The notes beneath the pieces are model-generated. The model worked only from the letters and a program-made list of their open reading frames with translations, had not been told where the DNA came from and did no database searches. From contig NC_083409.1 of assembly GCF_020745735.1 (NCBI RefSeq), forward strand, positions 17,628,341 through 17,692,340: DNA of 64,000 bases, in the 5' to 3' direction. Every line of letters starts with the position of its first letter. Within the stretch, counting starts at the first letter, position 1. Source of the DNA: Hemiscyllium ocellatum. Taxonomy: Eukaryota. The position numbers and the translations under genes are program-made. Below, piece by piece: positions 11,670 to 24,778 of the stretch.

Positions 11670-11962
11670 GGGCGGCATGGTGGCACAGTGGTTAGCACTG
11701 CTGCCTCACAGCGCCTGAGACCCAGGTTCAATTCCTATCTCAGGCGACTGACTGCGTGGAGTTTGCTCGTTCTCCCCATGTCTGCGTGGGTTTCCTCCCT
11801 CAGTCCAAAGATGTGCAGGTCAGGTGAATTGGACATGCTAAATTGCCCGTAGTGTTAGGTAAGGGGTAAATGTAGGGGTATGGGTGGGTTGCGCTTCAGT
11901 GGGTCGGTGTGGACTTGTTGGGCTGAACAGCCTGCTTCCACACTGTAAGTAATCTAATCTAA
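11670..11962 (+). mobile_element. HE1/V-SINE-type SINE
   Basis: gggcggcatggtggcacagtggttagcactgctgcctcac...ttccacactgtaagtaatctaatctaa. Confidence 0.9.
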
Positions 11963-11999
11963 TTTTCTGTCTCCTGATTGATTTCCTTCCCCACACCCT

Positions 12000-12480
12000 G
12001 ATTACTGCTTGGAGACCTGGACATAACTTGCATCAGATTCTTTATTGTGGTTCCTCAGCTCTACCCACACAGATTCTACACCTTCTGACTTCTTGCTATT
12101 GATTGAATTTTATTTCACACTAACAAGGCAACTCTTGCCCCTCTGCCCATCTGCCTGTCCTTTTGATAGGACATGGATCCTTGGATATTTAGTTCCCAGC
12201 CCAGACCCCCTTACAGCCATGTCTCTGTGATACCCACAACATCGTACCTACCAGTTTCAATCTGCACTACAAGCTCATTGTGTATACTGTGTGCATTTAA
12301 GTACAACACCCTCAGTCCTGCATTGACTGCCCTCCTTCTCATCATTGTCCTCTTATCTACTGTGCTTGAAGTTCGACTCTTGTTCCTTTCTGTACTCTCT
12401 GTCCTAGGTTGTCTTCTAGAAACTTGAATAACCTCTCCTGAGCCCTCCTCCACTTTAACTAGTTTAATTCCTTGGACACT
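12000..12480 (-). mobile_element. CR1 ORF2 5' (AP endonuclease start) fragment
   Basis: LRVLYLNAHSIHNEL..YDVVGITETWL. Confidence 0.85.
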
Positions 12481-12743
12481 CAATTTACCTTGATTTATTG
12501 CGTCACTTTGTCTACCTTATTCGGAATGCTTTGTGCATTTAGTTACAAACTCTTTAAATTTATTTTATTATTGATTTTCCCTGCACTTCTTTAGTTCCTT
12601 TGATATTCAAAAAATCCGTCCCCATCTTTTATTTTCTGGTAACAATCAATCCCACCGCTAACCAGCAATCGACCTTCTCCTTCACCTTCTGTTTTCTCAT
12701 TTTCCATCCAACTGAACCAAATTACTTTATGTGTCGATTGACC

Positions 12744-13045
12744 TCAGGCATGGTGGCTCAGTGGTTCGCACCGCTACCTCACAGCGCCAAGGATACGGGT
12801 TCAATTCCTGCCTTGGGAAACTGTCTGTGTGGTGTTTGCACATTGTCCCTGTGTCTGTGTGGGTTTCCCCCAGGTGCTCTGGTTTACTCCCACTGTCCAA
12901 AGATGTGCAGGCCAGGTGAATTGGCCATTCTAAATTGCCTACAGTGTTAGATGAAATAGTCAGGAGTAAATGTATGGAATGTTTCTGGGTGGGCTGCTGT
13001 TTGGAGAGTTGGTGTGGACTTGTCAGGCTGAACTGCCTGTTTCCA
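12744..13045 (+). mobile_element. HE1/V-SINE-type SINE
   Basis: SINE head/core and tttccacactg...aatctaatc tail. Confidence 0.85.
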
Positions 13046-13199
13046 CACTGGAGGGAATCTAATCAGGCCAATATTTCTCATTATTGCTCTTTGATCTCTT
13101 GCTTCTACTTGAATCCTGCTGTGTAGAAACTGGCTGCCACCTTCCTGACATTGCAACAGTGACTCCTTGTCAAACAAAACTGTCTGTAAATGTCTTTGG

Positions 13200-14870
13200 A
13201 AGAGCCTGAAATGTTAAGGGCTGGATTGATGCCCATATGCTCTAAACTTTTCTGATTTACATATCCATGCCTTTTAAATGTTTTAATCATACCAGCCTTC
13301 ACCACTTCTTCTGGCAGCCCATTTCATACATTTAACACCATCTGAATGAAAACGTTGTTCTTTAGGTCCCTTTTAAATCTTTCCCCTGTCACCTTCAACC
13401 TATGCCCTCCAGTTCTGGACTCCCCCACTCTGGAGAAAAGATCTTCTCTATTCACCCTATCTATGCTGCTCATGATTTTATAAACCTCCATCCGGTCACC
13501 CATCAACCTGCAATGATCCAGGGAAAACAGCCTCAGCCTATTCAGCCTCTCCCGATAGCTCAAACCCTCCAACCTTGGCAACATCCTTGTAAATCTTTTC
13601 TGAACCATTTTAAGGTTCACAACATTTTTCCTCCAGCAGGGAGACCAGAATTACACACAGTATTCCAAAAGTGCCCTAACCAATGTCTGTCAGCCACAAG
13701 AGCTCCCAACTCCAATACTCAATGCACTGACCAATAAAAGAAAGCAAACCAAATGACATTGTCACCCCCCCCCCCCGCCACCCCCACCACCTACCTGCAA
13801 CCTCACTTCCAGTGAACTATTCTTTTTTTTTGGATGAACTGAGAGTCTTCCAGTTGTGAAAGATGCCATTCCATGGACTTTTGGATGAAGAGCAGGCAGT
13901 TCCCCCTGGTGTCCCTAATCAATATTTATCCCCCAGTCAAAATCAATGAAAATCTGTTTCTCTTCTTTTTATCATATTGTGTTTGGGATCTCGCTGTGCA
14001 CAGTCTGCAGGAAAGATCCATTGGGACATCTTGATTTGGGGACAGGTGCTTCACAAATGCAAGTCTTTCTTTAAGTTTGAAGTCTCCTGATCTGAACACT
14101 CACCCATTGTCTGTGCACTCTCACCTTCCGGGGGCATGGGGTCATTAGGAGCAGTGACCCAAAGGACACTGAGACTCTTTGCAGCCTCACCCTTGACCTC
14201 AGCCCAGCAGTGTGCAGCAAGGTTTGAAATGTAATCTAGAACCTTCTACACAGACACCCCAATGTGACTCATTCCCGAAGTGTGTGGATCCGAGTTTGCT
14301 CCAAAGTTCTCGGATAAATTTCTCCTGATCTGTGGGTGATCGGAGGTTTGTTAAAGAAGTATCAAGATCCGTCCCACTTTCCAGCTCTTGCTCCATAGCT
14401 CTGGAGGTTTCACTGTTTGAAGTGAATACCCAAGTGTTTTTTTCAAAGTGATGAGGGTTTCTGCCTCTCCCACCCTTTCAGGCTGTGAGTCCCACATCCC
14501 ACCAGCCTCTGGGTGAAAACAAATGTCCTTAACTCCCCTATAATCCTGCCCCCAACTGATTTCAATCTCTCCCCATGGTTATTGCCCTCTGTGCTGGTGG
14601 AAATCAGTCCTTCCTACCCACTCTGTCCAGGCCCCTCATCATTTTACACACCACCATCAAATCTCCCCTCAGCCTCCTCTGTTCCAACGAAAACACTCCC
14701 AGCCAATCCAAACATTCCTCAAAACTCAAAGTTCCCATTCCAGACAAACTCTTCCTCTGTCCTGGTCTCTCAAGAGATCACATCCTTCTGTAATGTGGTG
14801 ACCAGAACCGTACACAGTTCTCTCACTGTGCTCTAACTGGGGTTTTGTACAGTTCCAGAATAAACAAACT
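13200..14870 (-). mobile_element. Two CR1 3' fragments (~13200-13790 and ~14330-14870)
   Basis: KMVQKRFTRMLPRLEGLSYRERLNRLRLFSL; second copy has reverse-complement tail motifs. Confidence 0.8.
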
Positions 14871-14904
14871 CCTTGCTTTCACAGTCAACCAAAAATGAGA
14901 TAAG

Positions 14905-15240
14905 GGAGGTGATGGTCTAATGGTGTTATTGCTGAGCTGTTAATCCAGAGATCCAGATAATGTTCTGGGGACCAGGGTTAGAATCCAGCAGATGGTGGCA
15001 TTCAAATTCAATCAAAAAAAATCTGGAATTAAGAGTCTAATGACGACCATGAAACCATCTTTGATTGTCAGGAAAACGCCATCTGATTCCCTAATGTCCT
15101 TTCGGGAAAGAAACTGCCATCCTTACCATGTGACCCCAGACCCACAGCAATGTGGTTGACTCTAAACTGCCCTTTGGGTGATTAGCGATGGACAATAAAT
15201 GCTGCCGATCCAGCAATTGCCCTCATTCCATCAAGGGAAA
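14905..15240 (+). mobile_element. Deu-domain SINE (SacSINE1-like)
   Basis: tRNA-like head, then ctggaattaagagtctaatgacgaccatgaaaccat...ctaatgtcctttcgggaaagaaactgccatccttacc...cccacagcaatgtggttgactct. Confidence 0.7.
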
Positions 15241-16314
15241 ATGAAGAACAGTTTATCCCATGTGTCTTCTTACCACCTCACTGACCTGCATTAAACACCA
15301 TGGCCAAATCTTCCATCTCCACATGACTTGCAGTTTCAAATTCCTTCATTATCTGAGATACAGATAGAAACATCCAAACTACGAGCAACCGTAGGCCATT
15401 TGGCCCCCAAGCCTGCTCCACCATTCAATATGATCATGGCTGATTATCCAACACAGTCCCCTGTTCCTGCTTTCTCCCCACATTCTTTGATCCCTTTCAT
15501 CCGAAGAACTACATCTAATTCCTTATTGAACACATACCGCATCTAATTCCCTCATGCTGGTAAAATGGATGAGAATTATTGGGTTGTTGTTTTTTGACCA
15601 GTATGGACACAATGGGCTGATGGGCCTTTTGGGTCTCTCTGACTCGATGATTCTATTATTATACTTTAAGAATAACTGAGTACCAAGGACTGACCACTGT
15701 GTAACTACCTGTCATTCAGAAAAAGACTCATTCTTTCTGTCCTGTCTGCCAACCAGTTCCCAATCCATGTCAGTATGTGAACCCCAATCCTCTTGTTCAT
15801 TTGGTCTAGATCTGGAAGCCACACCCTTACTAATTGTGGGACCAGATTCTGAACAGTCTATCTCATCCTTCGAGGGCTCCCACTGCCCTGACACTGATTT
15901 CCCATCATGCCATTGGTTCCGATCCACTTTTACCAAAGCACCACACAGTTTAGTAAAATGAAAACTTTTACACTTGCTCCATGGTTCTCCATTTCCATCC
16001 CTACTCTCAATCTCACTGAGTTCTGATCACTGTCACGAAAATGCTCCCCCATTGACAGCCCTTCCAGCTGCCCAGAAACTGTCCCTTCTCTCTATGCTAC
16101 TTCACCATCACCTTCTCAGGGGCAATTAGGGATGGGTAATAAATGTTGGCCCTGCCAGTGACACCCACATCCCAAGAAGCAATGTGAACAATGCTTGGTC
16201 ATTTGTTGGGTTTATTCTGTATTGACGACAAATGTTCAAAAAGATTGTATGGCCAGATTATGGTTGAATTCCCTTCCAGTGGCAGGAATTAAAATTGTTT
16301 CTCTTGTCTTTCAG

Positions 16315-16643
16315 GCCGTGAGAACTCTCAGCCCAAGCTGACCCTGCTGCCCCCCTCCCCGGAGCAGGTCAATGCCAAGGGCACTGCCACCCTGGTGTGC
16401 CTTGCCAATCACTTCTATCCCGATGAGCTGGAGGTGCAGTGGAAGAAGGACGGTGCAGTCATTTCGGACGGGGTTCAGACCAGCAACTACCTGCGAGCTT
16501 CGGACAGCACCTACAGTGTCAGCAGCCTGCTGACCCTCTCTGGGTCTGACTGGGAGTCCAACGCTCGCTTCTCCTGTGCCCTCACCCACGTGACCCTCCC
16601 CTCTCCCCTCAGCAAGAGCATCAGGAGATCAGAATGTGTGTAG
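16315..16643 (+). CDS. IGKC: Ig kappa (NS4/type III) constant exon
   Basis: Acceptor tttcag|GC; (S)RENSQPKLTLLPPSPEQVNAKGTATLVCLANHFYPDELEVQWKKDG...FSCALTHVTLPSPLSKSIRRSECV*; intact C1-set domain with penultimate Cys. Confidence 0.97.
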
Positions 16644-17139
16644 AGTGTTGGAGACAGTCCACAGAGGAGACACAACTTTAAATAGAACAGGGCTGAGCTG
16701 GCAGGTCAAAGGTCATTGTCAGCACTGAATTTCAACTCTCTTCCTTCTCAGGATTGCTCAGAGAAACTTCTGAGGTTTGGATATTAAAGCAGGTCATCGC
16801 GACAGTGTCAAGAGAGCTTTACACTGTGTCAAACCCCATACTGTCCTTGTCCTGGGAATGTTTGATGGGGACAGGATTGCCTTGTTATGTTAGCTGCACA
16901 AAACAATGTGAACCTCAGAAGTCTCTGCTTCAGTAAACCAGATCTCCTTCCTGCTCAGCTGCCAGTTCCAGTTTAAGGTTTTGTCACTGTTTAAAGGGAC
17001 AGGATTCTCATGTTATTGAGAAAATCTCTCCAAGTGTTTTCCTCAAGCTCCATTGTGGCTATGAATTTGAGCAGCTTCCTCTGTCTTGGCTGTTAATTGC
17101 AGTTGTTTCTTTTTCTGTCAATGTGAATGTGGAAAAGGG

Positions 17140-17145
17140 AATAAA
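17140..17145 (+). terminator. IGKC polyadenylation signal
   Basis: AATAAA about 500 nt after the stop, followed by a GT/T-rich element (tctgtctccgtgtgctttgg); conserved in the inverted paralog. Confidence 0.8.
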
Positions 17146-17499
17146 GGTGAAAATTCAGTCTCTGTCTCCGTGTGCTTTGGAAATAACTGACTTCCTCCTC
17201 CCCCATCTCTCAGTTGATTGGCTGTATTTCAGCAGGTCATTGTCACAATTGGTTACTTGGCCTGTCAATCAATTACAATCATCAATCATTTTCAAATGAT
17301 CCCTTTAATCAGGAATTTATGTAGATTCCAAAAAGAACAGAAACTGAAAGTTGTTGGGACTCAGTAAGTGCAATCTGATGCATTCCCTCTTCACTCTGTT
17401 GGTACATGCCCAGCTGATGGGATCGAACTGTGCAATCTCTGCTGCATGTCGGATAGCCCCTGAAATAATCTTCGGCCAATCACAGACATTGTTGGCTGT

Positions 17500-17895
17500 G
17501 TGCCTCTCTGAGTGTGAGTGTTTAACTCAATACTGCCTGTAGATGTCTCTCTGAGTGTGGCTGTGTTACTCAGAGACACACCACAGACAGCGCTCAGTAA
17601 CACACCCACATTCGGTGAGACACCGATCCGCAGCATGGAGTGTGAGTGTGTTACTTAGTGCTGCCTGAAGGTGTCTCTCTCAGTGTGAGTGTGTTACTCT
17701 GTGCTGCCTGTAGGTGTCTCTCTCAGTGTGAGTGTGTTACTCTGTGCTGCCTGTAGGTGTCTCTCTCTGTGAGTGTGTTACTCTGTGCTGCCTGTAGGTG
17801 TCTCTCTCAGTGTGAGTGTGTTACTCTGTGCTGCCTGTAGGTGTCTCTCTCAGTGTGAGTGTGTTACTCTGTGCTGCCTGTAGGCGTCTCTCTGA
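17500..17895. repeat. 43-bp tandem minisatellite
   Basis: cagtgtgagtgtgttactctgtgctgcctgtaggtgtctctct, ~6 near-perfect copies 17640-17893 plus degenerate copies upstream. Confidence 0.92.
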
Positions 17896-18889
17896 GGTCT
17901 GTGTCTCCGAGCGATGGATTGAGAATGGGCTTTGTGCTGGGGATTGAAGATTTGGCTTTAATCTTCTCAAATCATGAGTGAAAAACAGCTCAGCTGATTC
18001 AGTCTGAGAGGCAGCTCATTCAGATGGCCAAAGTTAAAAAACACACAACACCAGATAATAGTCAACAGGTTTATTTGGAAGTAAAAGCATTCGGAGTGCT
18101 GCCCCTTCATTAGGTAGCTGGAAGGGCAGGATCACTGGGCACAGAATTTATAGCAAATTCAGATAGCAGCTGAAAAAGGTGAATACTGAGAGTGTATTCT
18201 CAGGAAGGGAGAGATTTCAGAGGCAGTGGGCACTGTGCTCCCAAATGTGTTGATCAATTCCGAGGAGATTTTATGAATCCAGGGCCAGAGGAGTTGTGGC
18301 TGCCTGCCCAGCCAATGCTGGCTCCCCATAGTCATATTTCAGTGGTTAATTAACCCAAAACTAGGTGCAGCAATATTACCTTCCAGGGAGGGGAGCTGTC
18401 TGAGGGAGGGAGGTTGAATTCATACAGCCCCAAGAGAGGTTGTGGTGGATTAATGACAGGTATGACCACCATGAAGGTGCCACCTTCTCTCCCCCTGCTA
18501 CAGCTGTGTTGACCCTTAGGTTAAAAGTGTGACTGCTCTGGGATAATGACCAGATTCCTGGGTGATGGAGGGAAGACCAACCTCTCCCAAAGGCAGCACA
18601 GGCTGGATCGAAGGTGAAACAAGAGTAAGCATGGGGAGATTGAGGGTGACAGAAGGAGGGGGTTGGTTGGCAGGTTGTTATTCAGAGTCAGGTACCAGAG
18701 TTTCAGTCCTTCTGACACTCCTCTTTTTTCTTCTTTTTTTCTTACTTACATGTGGAGAGTCCTTGACACTGATCCAGCTCCCTCAGAGCCAGCTCTCAGA
18801 ATGTTCAGAACCCCTAACATGCCTGTTTTATTTCACCCCCACACTACCGCCGAATGCAGGAGAGCTTATTTTTTTCCCCAGCACCCATG

Positions 18890-19200
18890 GTGTGTGTGTG
18901 TGTAGGTGTGAGACACAGTGAGAGACACAAAGCGCCCGAATCTTTATTCAATTTCCACCACCAGGAAGATAGGAAAACACCCGCGTGGCCAGTGACAAGC
19001 AGTGCACTTCACATCAAAGGGCAATGTTGTGTGATCAAACAGTGAAGGGGAGGGCAGGGATTAAGACACTCCTCTTTTTATCTGTCCGCCAGGACTCCTT
19101 GATTGGACAAAGTTAACTGTCCCTGTCAGGGAACTCATATTTTATCAAAAAGAATAAACCATTTATTGAACAAGGAGCCCAAGAGCTAAACGACACGAGA
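18890..19200 (-). mobile_element. Solo-LTR-like element
   Basis: Minus strand reads CCAAT, gataaaaag, AATAAA and ends in ...cacacctaca; its 3' half matches 32660-32823 in opposite orientation. Confidence 0.5.
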
Positions 19201-19284
19201 CAAAATGAATGGTTTGAAATATTTCATCATGGGCACCACAAATAAGATTTGGGGAAGAATGTTTTCACTCAGCGGGTGGTGGGA

Positions 19285-19560
19285 AGGCCGTTTGGCCCAA
19301 CAAGTCCACACTTATCCTTGGAAGAGTAACCCACCCAAGACCCAATCTCCTATCCCATTACTCTACTTTTGCCCTGACTAATGAACCTAACCTACACATC
19401 CCTGATCACTATGGGCAACATAGCACAGCCAATTCACTTAACCTGCATGTCTTTAGAATGTGGGAGGAAACCAGAGCACCCAGAGGAAACCTACGCAGAC
19501 ATTTGGAGAATGTACACACTCCACACAGACATTTGCCTGAGGCTGGAATTGAACCTGAGT
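19285..19560 (-). mobile_element. HE1/V-SINE-type SINE
   Basis: Reverse complement of the SINE core (gggaggaaaccagagcacccagaggaaacc). Confidence 0.8.
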
Positions 19561-19569
19561 CAAAACACT

Positions 19570-22400
19570 CAGACTGGCCTTGACTTCGCTCCAACCTCTG
19601 CCTACAATTCAGGCCCCTCCCACTCTGCAACCAAGACTCAGACTGCATTTCCCACAGTCACCCTGAGTCCAACTGCCTACCTGCAGCCAGCCAGCACACT
19701 CGCTCTCCCTCCTCACCCATCCACCCCCTCAATGCACCCTATCCCTCCACTTCTCCCTCTTCACCTCATCCCCACCTTCCCACTCCCCCACCTCACTCCA
19801 CAGCCCACCTCCGCCCCAATCTCCTTTCTCTCCAACACCCATTCCCCCGTGCTACACCACAACCAACCCTCACCCACTGCATGCCATCACCCTTCCCCCC
19901 TCCCCTCCTTCAGCCAACTTGGGCCCCCCCCCCCAAAACCTCAACCCTGAGCTTTGCCCCATATTTACTATACCGCCCTGACCTCAAACTGTCTGAGGCC
20001 AAAAGATCCATCCTCAGGAAAGGGCTCACAGTCATTCCCGCCCGACCCCACCTCAATGAAATCCACACCCACCACCACGTGGAGCTCTTCTTCCGCCGCC
20101 TCTACCTTCGTATCTTCTTCTTTAACAAAAACTCCCAAACTCCCTCTGAGGAACCCTCCTCCCATCTCCAACCTTACTCCTACATTTGGTCACCCCCCCC
20201 ACACCCCCCACCACCAGCCGTGTACACACTTGAGACCTCTTCATTGCTGACTGTTGATGTGCCATCACCCGCCTGGATTTCTCCCCCCACCCATTCCAAC
20301 CACACCCCCTCTGATCGAGCACTCCACTCTCTCTGTGCCAACCCCTGTTTCACCAACAAACCCGCTGACAAATGTGGCGTGGTGTTAGTCTGGAGAACAG
20401 ACCTAAAAGTCACAGAGGCCGAACCCCAACTCTTAGACACCACGTTCTACCTCCCCCTTGCCCATAACCCCGCTGTGACCCATCAGGCCAAAATCACTCA
20501 CACTGTCAGTGACCTCATTGCCTCCAGTGATCTCCCCTCCACTGTCTCTCATAGTCCCTCAGCCCTGCATTGCCCAGTTCTCCCTGCTCCCCAAAATCCA
20601 CAAGCCCAACTACCTGGTTGACCCATCGTCTCAGCATGCCCCTGCCCCACCGAACTCCTCTCATCCTACCTCAACTCTCCTCCTTGGTTCAGGCACTGCC
20701 CACCTACATCGGCTACACCAACCATGCCTTCCATCTCTTCAGTAACCTCCAGTTCCTCAGCCCTAAGTGCTTTATCTCCATGATGGATGTGCAGTCCTTA
20801 CATATGTCCATACCCCACAAGGATGGCCTCCAGGCCCAACACCTTTCCCACTGCCACAGACCCATCCAATCCCGGTCCACCAATACCCTCCTCCGCCTTG
20901 TCAAACTGGTCCAGGGGGTGGCCATGGGCACCCGGTTGAGCAATGTCGACCAGTCCCTCTTCAGTGACTATACAGGCACTGTGCCATTACATCAGTGACT
21001 ATATCGGTGCAGCATCCTGCATCCAGGCTGAACTGGAGCAGTTCATTGACTTTCCCCACAACTTCCACCCTGTCCTCTACTTCACTTCATCCATCTCAGA
21101 CACCTCCCTGCCTTTTCTTCACCTCTCCATTTCCAATTCTGGCGATAATATTCAAACAGGCAGTTAATACACACCCACTGACTCCCAATCCTACCTGGGC
21201 TACACCTTCTCCCAACCAGTATACTGCAAGAACTCCATCCCATTCTCCCAATTCCTCTGCCTCCACTCCAACTGCTCGGATGAGGAGACATTTCGCTGAT
21301 CACAGATGTCCACCTCTTATGAACAACATGCTTTTCCTCCTTCTGTCATCCTTCTGTCATCCACTGCACTACCTCCATTTCCCGTTCCATTGCTCTGAAC
21401 CCACCCCCCTCCAAACACAATAAACTCAGAGTCCCCATTGTCCTCAACTATTACCAATCCCTGTACCAATTAACGCATCATCCTTAAACGCTTCCACCAA
21501 CTCCAACTAGACTGACCACCAAGAACATCTTCCTCTCCCCACCCCTGGCTGCCTTCCACAAGGACTGTTGCCTTTGACAATTTCGTGGTTTGTGCCACTT
21601 GCCCACCTACCCTCCTGAACCCCCAGGAACCTTCCCCTGCAACGCAAAAAGATGCAAAGCCTGCTGTTACACCAATCCTTCCCCTCCATCCAGGGCCCCA
21701 AACAGTCCTTCCAGGTGAGACATTGCCTTTCCTCCAAACTATTTCACTGCATCAGGTGCCCACGATGTGGTCTTCTCTATATTGGGAAGACAAAATATAA
21801 TCTTAGGGGATGTTTCACCGAGCATCTCAGCCAGGCTAGCAGGGGCTGACCAGACCTCTCAGTCCCCGCCCATTTCAATTCCCCTTCCCATTCCCTTTCC
21901 GACATGACCATCATCAGCCTCCTCCATTGCCACAATGAACCAAACCACAAATTGGAGGAACAATACCTCATCTTCCATCTGGGCAGCCTACAGCCCAGAT
22001 GACTCAACATTAAGTTCTCCAATTTCAAATAACCACTCTTCCCTTCCCCTGACTCCTTTCCCAGCCCCTCTCCCTCCCTTCCACTCCTGCCTGCCACCTA
22101 CCAGATTCATTCCTCCCATTGACCAGGAGAAAGTGAGGTCTGCAGATGCTGGAGATCAGAGCTGAAAATGTGTTGCTGAAAAAGCGCAGCAGGTCAGGCA
22201 GCATCCAGGGAACAGGAGATTTGACGTTTCGGACATAAGCCCTTCTTCAGGAAAGGCTCCATCTACCTGTCATCACCTATCCCCACTTCATCATCCTGTC
22301 CCCACTACCCCCTTTATCTGCTTCCTCTACACCTAACCTCATTCCTGAAGAAGGGTTACACCCAAAACATCACCTGATGCTGCCTGCCTTGCTGTGTTCT
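19570..22400 (+). mobile_element. Penelope-like element (RT plus GIY-YIG), frameshifted, with terminal repeats
   Basis: LSEAKRSILRKGLTVIP..ELFFRRLYLRIFFF; MDVQSLHMSIPH..QGVAMGTR; IRCPRCGLLYIGKTK; terminal gctgaaaatgtgttgctgaaaaagcgcagcaggtcaggcagcatcc. Confidence 0.88.
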
Positions 22401-22589
22401 TCCAACCTCCTGCCTGTCACTGAATGGAACCAGAAAAGGTTTAGACAATCAAGTATCAGGGCCATCAACAAATGGGAATGGGACACACTACAGACAGATG
22501 CATTGAGACAGTCAATCACAAAGAGAAGACCAAACTGGAAATGAACCACTAATACACAGTGGACGGAATTTAATGTCAGAAAGTGTGAG

Positions 22590-22885
22590 ACCATACACTT
22601 GGGTCAGAATAACCTAAAGGCAGACTATTATTTAAATAGTGAGAGATTCCAACAAAGTGCAGTATAGAGTGATCAGGGTAGTATTGTGCATGAAACACAG
22701 ACAGTTAGTGCAGGAGCAGCAAGGAATCGAGAAGGCAAATGGAATTTTCACCTTTATTGTCTGGGGGTTGAAATTTAAAAACAGAGAAATCCTATTAAAA
22801 CTATCGAGGGTGTTAGTGAGTCTGCATTTGGAGTATTGTTTGCAATTTTGGTCCCTGTATTTAAGAAAGGATGGACAGCTATTGG
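22590..22885 (+). mobile_element. CR1 3' fragment
   Basis: EKANGIFTFIVWGLKFKNREILLKLSRVLVSLHLEYCLQFWSLYL. Confidence 0.8.
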
Positions 22886-24778
22886 AGGCTTCCTCCTGCT
22901 CCTATTTCCCATGTCCTTGTGTGCTCCAGTGTCCTTCCCTCACAGCAGAGCTGGTTGGAGCCTGCCTGCAGTAGCAGCCTCCAGTCTCTGGGTGGTGCTG
23001 TGAAAAGATCTGCCTTGCCCAGGCAGTCACAGTTCCCACATCACAACAATGTCTGGTTTTTGGAAGTATTCCATTGACTGTGAAACATTTCCAAACATCC
23101 CAAGTTCAAGAAACGTATAGCATAAATATAATTCTGTCTCCTTTTATATTTTATCTCCATGTCTCCCAGCTGTCGCCTGACAACATCACACACTTGTGTA
23201 AAATCTAGAATGAATCATGAACCTCTGGGAGAACTTTATCTATGACAACACTGGGATTAATGACCACCTCCTGAGTGGGATTTGAGGGTGAAAGTCAACA
23301 GCAGTCTCACTGGGACTTGATCTGGGTTATCTTGGTCGTGATCCAGTCAGTCAGTGTTTTTGTCTGGGTCCAGATAGTACAGACCAACCTCGGACCCTGT
23401 AATCTGATTGAAGTGAAGGGTTGGCTGTGCTGGGTTTTCACACATGGCTCACACACATAGTGAAGCAGGGATTACGCATTTCATGAGAGTAAATGGAACT
23501 AACAAACTGGTTGGTTGTGACATCCCCAACCTGTCCTCAAGAGAGTGGGGACAGGAACAGTAATATTCTCAGACAGAAAGGGTGGTAAAAATGATATCCT
23601 GCAAGGAGAGCGGAGACAGGAAAAGCGACGCTCCGCAGAGACAGGCGAACAGTAACTGTCTGCTCCCCACTTTCTTGTTGTGACATATGCCCTTGGGAAA
23701 TGGGTTTGGTTTTTATTTTCTCAATTGTATTTAGGTTTGCCGAGGTGATTCGGGAACAAGGATTCCAATTCAATATTTTGTGTAGCAGCAGATCTACTAA
23801 AGGTCATGGTTTCATTTGGAGTTTGCCCAGGATTCTGTCCAGGCTGATACAGCATGATTTACTAGGGTTGCTCCTATTGGGCTAAACCATCACACACGAG
23901 GGAATCTGACAGGCACTTTCTCTTTGTGCTGGCAAAGGGAGAGATTTGCTTTTACTGCAATGGTGGCCAAAGAAATGAGTCAGTGGAGGTAGTTCCAGCT
24001 GAATACAATGTTCTGATGTTCATGATGGGATTAACCTCAACAGTTCCCACTTGCCTTTACCCCGACAGTGGAACAGGAAGTCACCACGCAGTGATCTCCT
24101 GGCTCACACTGAGAAACCAAGTTGATGGTATAACTGCAGAGAGCAAGACAATGGCTTGGACTCACGGAACAACCAGAAGCTTCAACCAACAATTGGGTCA
24201 CAGGCAAATGGAGTGTTGTGTAAACTCTCAGTATCTCGGGAACAAACACAACTGCTGAGCTACAAAACCGAACAGAATATTGTTACAACAAATTGTCATT
24301 CCAAAAGTAAAATACAAACACAATATGCATAAAACCTGACTAATTTCAGAGACTACAACATTTTCTTTGAAAGTTGGATGATAATGAGATGAGAATTCAA
24401 ACAGCTACCCATTCCGTCACACAGTGTTGAAGTTGCACTGTCGTCATCATTACAAGCTTCTTAATACATGAAAGGGGAGAGAACCATTGCAAACTGTATT
24501 ACCACGAGTCGGGATCCATTAAAAACTAAGACCATGATATTAAATGCTCCCAGCCAGACGCAAAACTGACGCATTCACATCATTGGAATGTTAAATGATA
24601 TTAAAAAATCTGCCAACCACTTTCATGAAGATGGAGTATTTAAATCTCAAGAGGCATTGATGACTTTTTTTTCAGTTCTATGCAAGGAAGCAGCAGAGAT
24701 ATGAACTCCAACAAACTAATGATAACAGGCATTGAATACAGAGCAGGTTCCTGAGAGAAAAAAAACAGCAGAGATCTG

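Noticed and set aside
458-13045. tRNA genes
   Set aside because: The A/B-box sequences are SINE heads that continue into SINE core and tail; no complete cloverleaf.
24037-24249. V-like N-terminus (VSQCEPGDHCVVTSC) on the minus strand
   Set aside because: No WY motif, YYC or RSS in register; probably chance.
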